From the IMG/VR virus record IMGVR_UViG_3300028840_004475, positions 32,001 through 96,000 of that record: 64,000 bases of DNA, one strand, 5' to 3'. This document shows positions 55,488-64,000 of this stretch, piece by piece. Every line of letters starts with the position of its first letter. Within the stretch, counting starts at the first letter, position 1. Below the pieces are notes generated by a model that saw only the letters and a program-made list of their open reading frames with translations, was not told where the DNA came from and did no database searches. The stretch comes from a virus. The position numbers and the translations under genes were made by a program.

Positions 55488-56426
55488 TCACGCTCCCAGC
55501 AAGTTGCCCTTGACGAAGCACTTGAAGTAGACGCCGGCGGCGTCGATGTCGTCGCGCACGGTCACGACGACCTTGTCGCCTGACTCCGCGTGCAACCTCA
55601 AGCCGCCGCCGATGACGTAGTTGGAGGCCAGCAGGTCCTTGGAGCTGACGATCCACTCGAAGCCGCCGGGGCTGGCGTAGTTGACGAAGCCCTCATTCGT
55701 TAGCACGTTGTAGACCTCGATGGTCACGCCGTTGGAGATCACCTCAACATACAGCCCATTGGTCAGGCCGCCGACGAGGGAGCCGAAGTATCCACTGCCA
55801 AAGGTGATCGAGTTGGCGACGAGCGTGAACTTGATCTCCTGCAACGAGATGTCGTAGGTCGCGTCGGCCAGGTACTCGAAGACGACGGGCGTGACGCCGC
55901 CGTCGACGAGCAGGTCGTCGTTGCCACCGCTCTTGACGAAGTCGTTCTTGATCGACGACGAGACGCTGGGGAACGAGACCGGGTCGCCGTCGGGGCTGTA
56001 GAGGGTGGTCTGCAACCGTCCCGTGCTCGGCACCGTTTCCAGGGCCTCGACGTTCGTGCCGTCCCAACCACCACACCAGACGGGATTTCCGACGGGCGGA
56101 CTGCCGTCTGGCGCCAGACCTTCGACCTGCTGGCTGTCGTTGGTACCAGTGCCGTAGTTGCGTGTGTCGATACCCTGGCGGTTGTCGTCGATGTGGCTGC
56201 TGGTGATGTCGGCGGCCGGTGTCGTGCCCTTGGCCCCGCCCCTGATGATGGCCTTCTGCGTGCCGTCGGTCTGCTGTGCTGCTGTGGCGCGCGTGGAAAG
56301 CGCCACATTCATGTTCGGCTGATTCTGGATCGCCACCTGTCCAGAAGCATTCGAACTTATTGGCTCGCCATTGGCCCCATAGAGAAGTACGTTCTTCCTC
56401 GGTTCTGTGTCTGCGAGTGCCATCAT
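55488..56426 (-). CDS. Putative virion protein
   Basis: LVDGGVTPVVFEY..FG..GGLTNGL..VRDDI. Confidence 0.65.
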   Translation of the reverse strand: MMALADTEPRKNVLLYGANGEPISSNASGQVAIQNQPNMNVALSTRATAAQQTDGTQKAIIRGGAKGTTPAADITSSHIDDNRQGIDTRNYGTGTNDSQQVEGLAPDGSPPVGNPVWCGGWDGTNVEALETVPSTGRLQTTLYSPDGDPVSFPSVSSSIKNDFVKSGGNDDLLVDGGVTPVVFEYLADATYDISLQEIKFTLVANSITFGSGYFGSLVGGLTNGLYVEVISNGVTIEVYNVLTNEGFVNYASPGGFEWIVSSKDLLASNYVIGGGLRLHAESGDKVVVTVRDDIDAAGVYFKCFVKGNLLGA

Positions 56427-56998
56427 GCCACCGTGTAATACCAGGCCGTGTAGTTGATGTCCGCGTTTCCGATGCCCGAAGACCTCTCGGCCCGCAGAAT
56501 CACATCGCCCACAGCCGGTGTGACGTCGGCGTCTGCCACGTTCTTTAGCGTACCGGATGTGTTCACGTCAGAGGTCGTCTCCTTGTCGTTGCTAGCCACG
56601 TACTTCAGGTCACCAGACTCGACGTCGAAGGGGAAGACGACTGGAAATGCGTCGCCTCCGTTGAAGTCGATGAACTCATCATTGCGCAGCGTAGTCACAC
56701 CCCCACCGGGAATCCAGGCGATGGTGGCCTCGGTGCCATCGATGGACAGAATCACACCCATCTGCACCAGCCACCTGGCGCTCGCGTTCTCCTTATTGAT
56801 GAAGGCAGCGAAGCGCGCGGCGCGTATGGTACCGGTGAGCGTGTGCTTGTAGGCCGAGCCGGCGTTGTCCAAGTCGATGAGCAGAAAATACTCCTTGGCA
56901 GTGGTCACCGTCTGCTTCATGACCACAGCCACGTAGCCGACATCGGAGACGCCCTCTTCCAAAGAGTCTATCTGGACCGCTGCCGGTGACTCACTCAT
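56423..56998 (-). CDS. Putative virion protein
   Basis: Beta-rich, overlaps both neighbours. Confidence 0.6.
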   Translation of the reverse strand: MSESPAAVQIDSLEEGVSDVGYVAVVMKQTVTTAKEYFLLIDLDNAGSAYKHTLTGTIRAARFAAFINKENASARWLVQMGVILSIDGTEATIAWIPGGGVTTLRNDEFIDFNGGDAFPVVFPFDVESGDLKYVASNDKETTSDVNTSGTLKNVADADVTPAVGDVILRAERSSGIGNADINYTAWYYTVA

Positions 56999-57600
56999 GA
57001 AATCGTCCTCGTACGACCTGCCTCGTGGATGCCATCGTAGGTGACGGCGTCGCTCACCGTCTCAAGGACCGTGGTGCCGTCGGTGTCATAGAGCTTCCAC
57101 ACGATGGGCGTAGGCTTCAAGTTTGTTGCTCCACCGGCGCTGCGCTCGATAGTCTTTTCGATCAGCAACGTATCGTCTTGTCGCTTCCACTCCACCTTGG
57201 TCGGGAACAGGCCACCAGTCACCGTCTTCGTGGCCCCGGACACGTAACCAAAAGCCGGACCCTCATCGATGAAGTGGATGAGCTGCGGTAGCACCCGATG
57301 CTGGGGGGCGGTGATGCCGCTGCTGCTAGCTAGAAGATCCGTGAGCGTGTAGCCTTCACTGTTCGTGCCAGGATTAGCTACGTCTCTGAACTTCAGGTCT
57401 CCGTTGTGAGTCCAAATTGCAACGATCTTGTTGCGGCGTCCACTTTCGACGATGAAAAGAGCCGGAACCTCAGGAGCATCCTCGAAAGCGGAGAGAGGCG
57501 TGTTCGGACTTGGATAGTCCGACCCCTCCCCGCCCCCGAGGCTCGACCACTCTTGTTTTATGACCTGAACGATGTCGAGGTCATCTGGTTTGGTCGGCAC
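56995..57600 (-). CDS. Putative virion protein
   Basis: GAGGAG RBS and GTG start. C-terminal beta-rich WKLYDTDGTTVLETVSDAVTY. Confidence 0.6.
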   Translation of the reverse strand: MPTKPDDLDIVQVIKQEWSSLGGGEGSDYPSPNTPLSAFEDAPEVPALFIVESGRRNKIVAIWTHNGDLKFRDVANPGTNSEGYTLTDLLASSSGITAPQHRVLPQLIHFIDEGPAFGYVSGATKTVTGGLFPTKVEWKRQDDTLLIEKTIERSAGGATNLKPTPIVWKLYDTDGTTVLETVSDAVTYDGIHEAGRTRTIS

Positions 57601-57622
57601 GATACTCCTCTACCGCAGTAGC

Positions 57623-59206
57623 CTACGCGCCGCTACGACCGTAGTCGAAGATGCTGACGAACAGATCGGTCGTGTTCATCGCCCACCCAAGACGGATGAG
57701 TGCGTTGTTCGCAGTTGGCATCGTGGTCGTGAGACCACCACCGACTGCGAGCCAGTACACGTCACCAGGGGTTGCGCCAGTGAGGCACGAGCACGGGCCA
57801 AGAGACGTGATTGTCGCTTCCTGACCAACGGTACCCTGAGCAGTCTCAGCGACACCGAAGATCTGAGCCTTGGTTGGCCAGTCCGCCTTGGCGGCATCGC
57901 CCTTGAGCAGGCGGTCAGCAGTCGTCGACCAGTAGACCGGATCTGCGATGGCAATGGCCTCGCCAACCTCGTAGTCATCCTCGACGATACCTGCCTGAGC
58001 AGCCGAAGCCACCAGCTGACCGGAGGCGTTGATGGTGACGGTTGTGCCGTCGACCTTGACCTTCAGACCAGTGGCGTCTTGGTCGAGACCTCCAGCGGTC
58101 GTGCTGTACTTGACTCCCAGTTCGTTGGAGACGATGTCCAGGGTCGGGTTGGTTGCCTCGAGGTTGATCTCGAGACCTCCATTGGCCCCGTCGAACTCGA
58201 TGGCGCCGTCTGTCTCGAGTTTGACTTCCACACCGGAGGAGGTGACCGTGACACCGGCGGCGGTATTCGGAAGGACAGACACCAACTGGTTCGGGGTCGT
58301 CCCCGTGAGCTGCAGACCAGGTGTGGTCGCATGCAGCGCCAGTGTCACTGCATCGGCGTCGATCTTGACACCGTCCTTGACGTTGACGTCGAGCACGTTG
58401 AAGGTCTTGGTAAGACCGTCACCAGCAACGACCTGTCCAGGACCGTTGAACATGACCCACTCGCCAGGAGTGGAGTCCCAGACGTACCCCAGGTTCTCGT
58501 AGATGCTGTTGTCACCAGCAACGGTGCGACCTTCTCCGTTCGTGGGAACGGTGAACGTCCACGTGTTGGTGGTAGCGTTGTAGACCGCGACGTTGTCTTC
58601 CTTGGTCGCGAACGAACCGGCTGCGCTGGTGTCAGTGACGATGACGTACGTGCCATCTGGCGGCTCAGCACCAGAGTTGGCCAGGATCAGGTTCCACGCA
58701 GTCCCGCTCCACTCCACGATGTCGCCGATTGCGAACGTCGACCAGGCACCCCCAACGCCTGCGACGACGTAGGCGTTGCCAGCGTCACCAGCGGTGAGAG
58801 TTGGAGCCGTGGTCAGCGCATCGTTCACCATCTTGAGGACTTGAACTGCGTGCTTCCACGCGACACCGGCCGCCACGCTGTCGAGCTGGTTCTTGTTGAC
58901 GGCGTCTGTACCCGCGGAACCTGGCCCCAACCCCGTAATGGAATTGGTGTTCATCACCAGGTCGCTGGTCAGGTTCAAGCCGTCGAGGTCAGCACCGGTC
59001 TGACCATAAGCGAGGGCATCCTCGTCCGCGGTAGCGGACGCCAAACCGGTGATCTTGTACGGCGTACCGCCGCCGGTACCGTCCATGGCAACGGTACCGT
59101 TCATGGTGAGACCAGCAAGGGTGATGGCGTCGGCTGTTGGGTCTACGCCGCTGTAGCCACCGAGCTGCCCATCCTTGTCGAAGAAAACTGGAATACGTTC
59201 GGCCAC
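57623..59206 (-). CDS. Head/neck fibre-like trimeric protein (527 aa)
   Basis: ITGLA..DAL and ITGL..TDAVNKNQL (YadA-stalk/HIM-like), beta repeats, C-terminal cement-like domain (TPGDVYWL..GGLTT..LGWA). Confidence 0.65.
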   Translation of the reverse strand: MAERIPVFFDKDGQLGGYSGVDPTADAITLAGLTMNGTVAMDGTGGGTPYKITGLASATADEDALAYGQTGADLDGLNLTSDLVMNTNSITGLGPGSAGTDAVNKNQLDSVAAGVAWKHAVQVLKMVNDALTTAPTLTAGDAGNAYVVAGVGGAWSTFAIGDIVEWSGTAWNLILANSGAEPPDGTYVIVTDTSAAGSFATKEDNVAVYNATTNTWTFTVPTNGEGRTVAGDNSIYENLGYVWDSTPGEWVMFNGPGQVVAGDGLTKTFNVLDVNVKDGVKIDADAVTLALHATTPGLQLTGTTPNQLVSVLPNTAAGVTVTSSGVEVKLETDGAIEFDGANGGLEINLEATNPTLDIVSNELGVKYSTTAGGLDQDATGLKVKVDGTTVTINASGQLVASAAQAGIVEDDYEVGEAIAIADPVYWSTTADRLLKGDAAKADWPTKAQIFGVAETAQGTVGQEATITSLGPCSCLTGATPGDVYWLAVGGGLTTTMPTANNALIRLGWAMNTTDLFVSIFDYGRSGA

Positions 59207-59209
59207 GGC

Positions 59210-59593
59210 TTATCCTCCTGGTGGTATGGGAACCGGGACCTCCCGGATGGTTCCCTTTTCTTCATCAATTGCGACGCGGTTTGGGTCATCGAACCCGTAC
59301 TTCGCGGCGATCTCTTTCTTCACGGTGTTGTACTTCTGGTTGAGCTTTTCGACCTGATCTCTCTCGGCGAGCAGTTGGTCATCGAGGACACGTATATTGA
59401 TCGAAGTCTGCAGGTCGAATACTTTGCGCTTCAGGATCTCGTTCTCCTTCTTGACGTTGAGACACTCCATGGCCTGCAACCTGAATTTCATGTCTGAATC
59501 CGAAGCTGCGAACTTGTACGCATCGAGTTCATCAATTGGTGTCGTCGGTGAAGGAATTTGTTGTTTTCCGTTGTCTTTCTTGTTTTTAGTCAT
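59210..59593 (-). CDS. Coiled-coil hypothetical protein (possible fibre chaperone)
   Basis: Helical 127 aa directly upstream of the fibre gene. Confidence 0.6.
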   Translation of the reverse strand: MTKNKKDNGKQQIPSPTTPIDELDAYKFAASDSDMKFRLQAMECLNVKKENEILKRKVFDLQTSINIRVLDDQLLAERDQVEKLNQKYNTVKKEIAAKYGFDDPNRVAIDEEKGTIREVPVPIPPGG

Positions 59594-59614
59594 TTCTGCT
59601 CCGTTTTTTATCTG

Positions 59615-60361
59615 TTAATACGGTAGCCAGCATGGCACCGGGTTGATGTGCAGGACTACATCAGTTGACGAGATGGCTTGGCCCATGGCCTGGAACCAAT
59701 ACGGCGTCACGAACTCGTCTGGTAACTGTGATGGGTGTGTCAGTACTCCGTTCAGGCCGATGACCATCTGCGCGCCTGGTGTCAGCCCTGTGAAGACGCT
59801 CTGGATGAGCCCGAACATCTGAATCTTGCAGGTAGTGATGCTGGTCTTCTCAATGATGACACCAAGCGCCTCCATCTTCGACCTGTCAGTGATGTCGACG
59901 GTGGTAACGTTGTAGTAGCTGCCTGTCTTATCTGACGTGCAGTAGACAGCATTCCCGACGTTGTCACTGGCCAAACAGTTGGCAAGCTCGATGATGTTCG
60001 GGACCGTACCAGGAGTGAACGACTGCTCCAGCTGCAGCTTAATGAGACGCTCTTCTGTACTGAGGTCAACCTGCGGTTGTTCCGTCGACAACCCAACCAG
60101 GGTTTCTTCAGTGACGACGCGCGGACTGTAGTCGAGCGGTCTGATTTCGACCGCGTGTTGGCCGGCGGACGCCTCGATGGTGACTTCGGTCTCGTCGTTT
60201 GGGACCTGTTGCGCGGAGACTTGATGCTCAGCTGCAGTGATCTCGACGACGTTGGTGTCGGGACGGATCTGGACAGTGGTAGTCTGCTTCGGAACAGTCG
60301 CGGACACCCCTCCAGACGTGATCTGGACAATGGGAGCATTCTTCTGGATCAAGGTGCTCAA
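59615..60361 (-). CDS. Putative capsid decoration/fibre protein
   Basis: V-x-I beta repeats and C-domain GLTPG..GVLT..MGQA, shared with 57623-59206. Start probably TTG 60361 overlapping the upstream TGA. Confidence 0.6.
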   Translation of the reverse strand: MSTLIQKNAPIVQITSGGVSATVPKQTTTVQIRPDTNVVEITAAEHQVSAQQVPNDETEVTIEASAGQHAVEIRPLDYSPRVVTEETLVGLSTEQPQVDLSTEERLIKLQLEQSFTPGTVPNIIELANCLASDNVGNAVYCTSDKTGSYYNVTTVDITDRSKMEALGVIIEKTSITTCKIQMFGLIQSVFTGLTPGAQMVIGLNGVLTHPSQLPDEFVTPYWFQAMGQAISSTDVVLHINPVPCWLPY

Positions 60362-60678
60362 GCAATCTGCTCCTTGATTTTGATACCCATGTCCTGGATC
60401 GTCAGCTTCTGACCAGCCACATTGGTGATCTGCACTTCGATGTTCCACTTCCCGACTTCATCGAGGTCGGTGTCGCTGAAGATGAAGCGGAAGTAGCCGT
60501 TGGTCGGGTCGTAGAGGTCGCCGTTTACGGTCTTCGGCGTGTCGTACCCGATGTGCAGGTCGATCGAGAACCCGGTGATGTCGATGGGATCGCCATCGGC
60601 GTCCAGGTACTGGAATACCAAAGCCGGAAGGTTGTCACCTTCGACATAGTCGAAGACTGTAGTTGCATCGCAGCTCAT
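60358..60678 (-). CDS. BppU-N-like Ig-fold virion protein
   Basis: GDNLP..DADGDPIDITG..DPTNG..F..TDLDEVGKWNIEVQIT. Confidence 0.6.
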   Translation of the reverse strand: MSCDATTVFDYVEGDNLPALVFQYLDADGDPIDITGFSIDLHIGYDTPKTVNGDLYDPTNGYFRFIFSDTDLDEVGKWNIEVQITNVAGQKLTIQDMGIKIKEQIA

Positions 60679-60692
60679 GGCCCCTCCGGTCC

Positions 60693-61118
60693 CTAGTCGG
60701 CGACGAGGACACGCACTCCGACGTTGTCAGTCTTCGGCGAAACGGCAGCGAAGATGGCGCTGAAGGACAGTTTCATGTACTGACCTCCCATCGGCACCTC
60801 GAACAGCCAGGTGTCGTCGCCAGTGACTGCCTTCTTGAAGATCTGGTCGCTGAGTGTGACGTCGGGTGGGGAAGAGCCATCCTGCGCCTGCACCGGATAG
60901 ACTTCCGTCGATGAGGGACCGAACGAAACCACGCACTGGATCTCTGTGGCATCGGAGTACGTGAAGTCGACTGCGATCCAGGCCTTTCCGTAGAAAGACC
61001 ATCCTTTGCCGTCTTGTGTGCCGCCGATTTGGACGGTGGCTTCTGCTGGACCTGGGTCGAGGTGGCCGCTCACTGCAGCGATGACCTCGCCCTTGTCCTT
61101 GAAGCTGTTGTACGCCAT
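60693..61118 (-). CDS. Putative virion jelly-roll protein
   Basis: GGAGG RBS, beta-rich. Confidence 0.6.
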   Translation of the reverse strand: MAYNSFKDKGEVIAAVSGHLDPGPAEATVQIGGTQDGKGWSFYGKAWIAVDFTYSDATEIQCVVSFGPSSTEVYPVQAQDGSSPPDVTLSDQIFKKAVTGDDTWLFEVPMGGQYMKLSFSAIFAAVSPKTDNVGVRVLVAD

Positions 61119-61128
61119 GGCCTGCCTC

Positions 61129-61542
61129 CTATCTGAGATTGTTGAGCAAAGCCGATGACCCGTACATTATACATGCACCGACGATCGTACCGCCAAGGAA
61201 CACCCCGACGGTGATGTACAAAGCGAGGTCATCGTCCTCGTCACGCTCTGCAAGTTGTTTCGAGGCAGACTCATACGCGACGCGCCATTTCTCGGCGATC
61301 TCGACGTCTACCTTGGATTTTTTCTCGGAGATCTCGATGAGGTCAGCTTGCAGCTCGACCTTCTTCTCGAGGTTTTCGATTTTGTGAAGCGCGGTCGGGT
61401 GGTCTACTTCAACAAGCTTCAGCAGCTTTTTCGCTTTGTCAGCCTCGAAAAAAGTGCCTTCCTTGCCTTCATGAACAATGTCTTCGGCAGCAAGGACAGG
61501 ACTAGAAGCCGAGATCAGTAAAACGAGCAGCCACTTCTTCAT
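61129..61542 (-). CDS. Secreted coiled-coil protein with C-terminal TM (spanin-like partner)
   Basis: MKKWLLVLL..VLA|AE signal peptide, coiled coil, C-terminal TM. Overlaps the upstream gene by 41 nt. Confidence 0.6.
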   Translation of the reverse strand: MKKWLLVLLISASSPVLAAEDIVHEGKEGTFFEADKAKKLLKLVEVDHPTALHKIENLEKKVELQADLIEISEKKSKVDVEIAEKWRVAYESASKQLAERDEDDDLALYITVGVFLGGTIVGACIMYGSSALLNNLR

Positions 61543-61861
61543 TGCTGAGACCCTCGATGGCTGCCTTGGCTTTCACGGCCCGCTTCTCTTGCTCGCGGAT
61601 CTCAGCATCAATTACCTTGATCTGTTCGCGCTTGCCCTCACCCTTCGCTTCGAGAACGGTCTTCTTGGCCTGTAGGTGCGCGACCTCATTCTTTGTCTGC
61701 GCGACCTGCAGTAGCGAGATCAGATGCGTGATCTTGTGCCCCCTGACCTTGAGCCAGAAGAACAGGATCGTGGCAATCAAAGCGATGATCAGCGCAAGCA
61801 GAAGTGCCAGCGACACCGCGTTCTTTTTCAGCCAGCTAGCTGCCAGAGTCAGAGTTGTCAC
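61502..61861 (-). CDS. i-spanin (Rz)-like protein
   Basis: GTG overlapping the holin stop, N-terminal TM, long coiled coil. Confidence 0.55.
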   Translation of the reverse strand: MTTLTLAASWLKKNAVSLALLLALIIALIATILFFWLKVRGHKITHLISLLQVAQTKNEVAHLQAKKTVLEAKGEGKREQIKVIDAEIREQEKRAVKAKAAIEGLSNEEVAARFTDLGF

Positions 61862-62184
61862 ACGGCACCCTGCAGAACTTCGAACTTGCTCTTGAAGGCT
61901 TTCCAGACCTGGCCGACGAAGCCACCGAGGAGGATACCGACCACGATCTTGAGACCGATGGTCGGCTCCGGTGTGCCCTCTGGGACCTGTGCCAATATCA
62001 CGCCAGGGATCCATGCAGCGACAGCGCACAGGACCATTGGCAGATACGGCAGCAGAATGTGCACGGGCTTGGATGTCTTCTTGACGCCAACGGCGTCGAG
62101 CGTCTTCTTGATGATCTGCAAGAGAACCGCCACTGCGCCCATGAGGGCGAAGTGCTGCCAGATCAGCAGGGCGTCAAAGGACAT
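61858..62184 (-). CDS. Putative holin (3 TM)
   Basis: 108 aa, three hydrophobic segments, basic C-terminus, GGAGG RBS. Confidence 0.6.
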   Translation of the reverse strand: MSFDALLIWQHFALMGAVAVLLQIIKKTLDAVGVKKTSKPVHILLPYLPMVLCAVAAWIPGVILAQVPEGTPEPTIGLKIVVGILLGGFVGQVWKAFKSKFEVLQGAV

Positions 62185-62193
62185 GTCAGCCTC

Positions 62194-62535
62194 CTAGAAG
62201 TTGGCGATCAGGGAGTTGATGTTCCTGTACTCCTCGAGCACCATCTTCGCGTTGACGGTCCAGTTCTCTCTGTCGACGTTGTTGTAGTACTCGAAGATCG
62301 TGCGCCTGGTGACGTTCTCCCCGTCGAAGCAGAAAGCGACCACGGTCTTCCTCGAGTTGGCGAGCTGAACTCGCTCGAGGCCACGGAATCTGAATCCGCG
62401 CGCCTTGAGGAAGGCTGCGATGTGCTTGTCCTTGGTGCGGAAGAAGCCGGCGATTGCGGCTTCCTGATCGGCGGGTTCGATGTCTTCCAGGTGATACTCT
62501 CTATCGAGCACCTTTTCTGTTCTTATATGCTCCAT
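62194..62535 (-). CDS. Small phage protein (DUF5659-like)
   Basis: TKDKHIAAFLKARG..VAFCF..EYY..VNAK pattern. Confidence 0.5.
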   Translation of the reverse strand: MEHIRTEKVLDREYHLEDIEPADQEAAIAGFFRTKDKHIAAFLKARGFRFRGLERVQLANSRKTVVAFCFDGENVTRRTIFEYYNNVDRENWTVNAKMVLEEYRNINSLIANF

Positions 62536-62547
62536 GTCGCATCCCGA

Positions 62548-62946
62548 TCAGTCTTGCGGACGCGGCTTGGGCTTGCGGGACGGCTTGCGGGACGGCTTGG
62601 GCTCGTCCTGCTCAACCGGTGGCTCGACAACTGGTGGCTTGGGCTTGTCCTGCTCAACCGGCGGCTCGACGGTCGGCGCCGAGGGCTTGGGTGCTGGTGC
62701 CGAAGCCGGCTCATCGCCAGCCTCCATAACCGCTTTGAGTTCCGCGAGCGAACCGCCCTTCAGGATGCAGACTGGAGTCTTCGCGCCGTTGAGCACGAAG
62801 TCGTCACCGTCCTCGAGTGCCTGGACCATCCGTGGATGGATCCTGTCGCCCTCGAACTCCTGCCCCTGCGTACAGGTGACGTAGCCCTTGATGTACCAGC
62901 CGTGGAGATTCACCTTGACGGTGAAATCTGAAAGCTTCTTCGCCAT
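62548..62946 (-). CDS. Hypothetical protein with Pro-rich repeats
   Basis: VEPPVEQD x2 and KPSR repeats. GAGGAG RBS. Directly after the capsid gene. Confidence 0.7.
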   Translation of the reverse strand: MAKKLSDFTVKVNLHGWYIKGYVTCTQGQEFEGDRIHPRMVQALEDGDDFVLNGAKTPVCILKGGSLAELKAVMEAGDEPASAPAPKPSAPTVEPPVEQDKPKPPVVEPPVEQDEPKPSRKPSRKPKPRPQD

Positions 62947-62980
62947 GACTCTCTCTCCTCTCGGGTTTTATAGTTTGATG

Positions 62981-63013
62981 AAGGAAAGCCCTGGGGGCCG
63001 AAGCCCCCAGGGC
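62981..63013 (-). terminator. Rho-independent terminator after the major capsid gene
   Basis: GCCCTGGGGGC-TTCG-GCCCCCAGGGC followed by TTTCCTT. Confidence 0.75.
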
Positions 63014-63039
63014 ACCCTTACATCACTGCCAGACGGCCG

Positions 63040-64000
63040 CTAGGTGATGGGCGTCGCCACCACGTTGGTCGTCGTGTGGTACAGAACCGGCAGACCCGAG
63101 ACGCCAGCGATGATCGCGACGTGCGGCGGATCGTCGTCTTCCTTGTTGAGCACCTTGCTGAACAGACCCGGACGCGGAGCCATGATGCCACCCGGCCCGT
63201 AGACGTGCTGGGTGCTGATGAACTCTGCGAACTCGGGGCCACCGGTGGTGCCCTGAGGGATGCTCCCGCGGATGATGAACTTGTTGTCCGGCAGGAACTG
63301 CTTCTTGACCCGCACCTCGGAGCCGACCGGGAAGGTCGCGGTGCTGGTCAGGGCGGTCACCGTCAGCACGTTGCCGACGATGTTGGTGATGTCGGTGCGG
63401 TCGCGTCCGCTGAACTCACCGTTCTTGTGCACGAGCGTGATGAAGTCGCCGATCTCCATGCCGGAGGCGTCGTCGACCGTGATCGACGTGGCACCAGCAG
63501 TGACCTGGTTGAGCGTGCCAGCCACGAGCCAGTAGCCCTTGTCGTAGACGCGGGGTTCGAGGCCGGTGTAGGCGTTGAAGATCATGCGGATGTTGTCGCG
63601 GCTCAGCATGGCCGGGGTGCTCTGCCCGACGAACAGCGAGTCCCTGAGGTCCCGCATGGTGTCGTTCAGGAGGAGCACCTTCTCCATGTGACCGTTGTAG
63701 ATCATGTAGGCCGGGTCCGGGCCCTCGTCACGGTACATCTCGAGCCAGTCGAGGATGTCGCTCAGGGGGTCGGTCGAGGCCTGGTCCCACCGGTTGACGC
63801 CGGTGAGGGTCGGCGTGAAGCGCGCCGGGATGTGGTAGTCGATGGTGTACTGGATGTCCTTCTGGTTGATCGCCAGAGAACCCATGACCATCTGCCACTT
63901 CGACCACTCCAGCCGGTTCTCAATGCGCATGCGGAGCTGACCGACGATGTCGTTCACGATCCGCTGTGCGTTCTCGAACTCGCCGATGGTGCCGATGCGG
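63040..64000 (-). CDS. Major capsid protein (lambda gpE-like), 5' end outside the window
   Basis: IENRLEW..IDY..WD..DPLSDI..VYDKGY..FLPDNKF..EDDDPP..GLPVL. Frame is open to the window edge. Confidence 0.85.
   Translation of the reverse strand, partial: RIGTIGEFENAQRIVNDIVGQLRMRIENRLEWSKWQMVMGSLAINQKDIQYTIDYHIPARFTPTLTGVNRWDQASTDPLSDILDWLEMYRDEGPDPAYMIYNGHMEKVLLLNDTMRDLRDSLFVGQSTPAMLSRDNIRMIFNAYTGLEPRVYDKGYWLVAGTLNQVTAGATSITVDDASGMEIGDFITLVHKNGEFSGRDRTDITNIVGNVLTVTALTSTATFPVGSEVRVKKQFLPDNKFIIRGSIPQGTTGGPEFAEFISTQHVYGPGGIMAPRPGLFSKVLNKEDDDPPHVAIIAGVSGLPVLYHTTTNVVATPIT

Larger units (their letters stand above)
1..64000 (-). mobile_element. Segment of a large tailed phage genome (siphovirus-like morphogenesis module plus replication module)
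   Basis: Capsid, neck, tail tube, chaperone, tape measure and tail-tip genes in canonical order. No sheath gene. Phage-type replisome genes and no host housekeeping genes. Confidence 0.95.

Noticed and set aside
57572-59497. 641-aa plus-strand ORF
   Set aside because: Antisense shadow of the fibre gene.
1-64000. Full stop-codon reassignment, diversity-generating retroelement, integrase or tail sheath
   Set aside because: Genes are intact under the standard code with TAG used as a stop. No reverse transcriptase, TR/VR pair, recombinase or sheath was recognised in the window.

Overview
This window is a 64-kb segment of a large, GC-rich tailed dsDNA phage (or prophage) with no recognisable host housekeeping genes. 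Almost all genes are on the minus strand, in two blocks. Block 1 (1-17.2 kb) is a replication, recombination and nucleotide-metabolism operon: SF2 (UvsW-like) helicase, DnaC-like loader, DnaB helicase, primase, a very acidic Zn-finger protein, DnaE (Pol III alpha) with a mini-intein, HU, a UvsY-like protein, a gp32-like SSB, RecA, an SbcD/Mre11 nuclease, and a class II ribonucleotide reductase with a LAGLIDADG intein (runs off the left edge; absent from the ORF track). Block 2 (18.8-64 kb) is a siphovirus-type morphogenesis region: lambda gpE-like major capsid (runs off the right edge), holin/spanin-like genes, about 10 decoration or fibre genes, a patatin phospholipase, neck genes, tail tube, tail chaperones joined by a -1 frameshift, a 3622-aa tape measure, three LamG-containing proteins, two paralogous large distal-tail-like proteins (one of them also LamG-containing) and a tail-tip hub. 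No tail sheath gene is seen. Between the blocks lies an ~800-bp non-coding control region (stacked hairpins, a G7-TATAC-G7 tract, TAGGTACCTA palindromes) and two small plus-strand genes. The most notable observations are the tape measure with three copies of its C-terminal motif and an in-frame 44-bp direct repeat, the structured and repeat-rich control region, recurrent in-frame TAG|ATG junctions between functional partners, the acidic protein paired with a basic-tailed SSB, and lysis-like clusters with a patatin but no recognisable endolysin. All assignments come from reading motifs by eye; no database searches were run.
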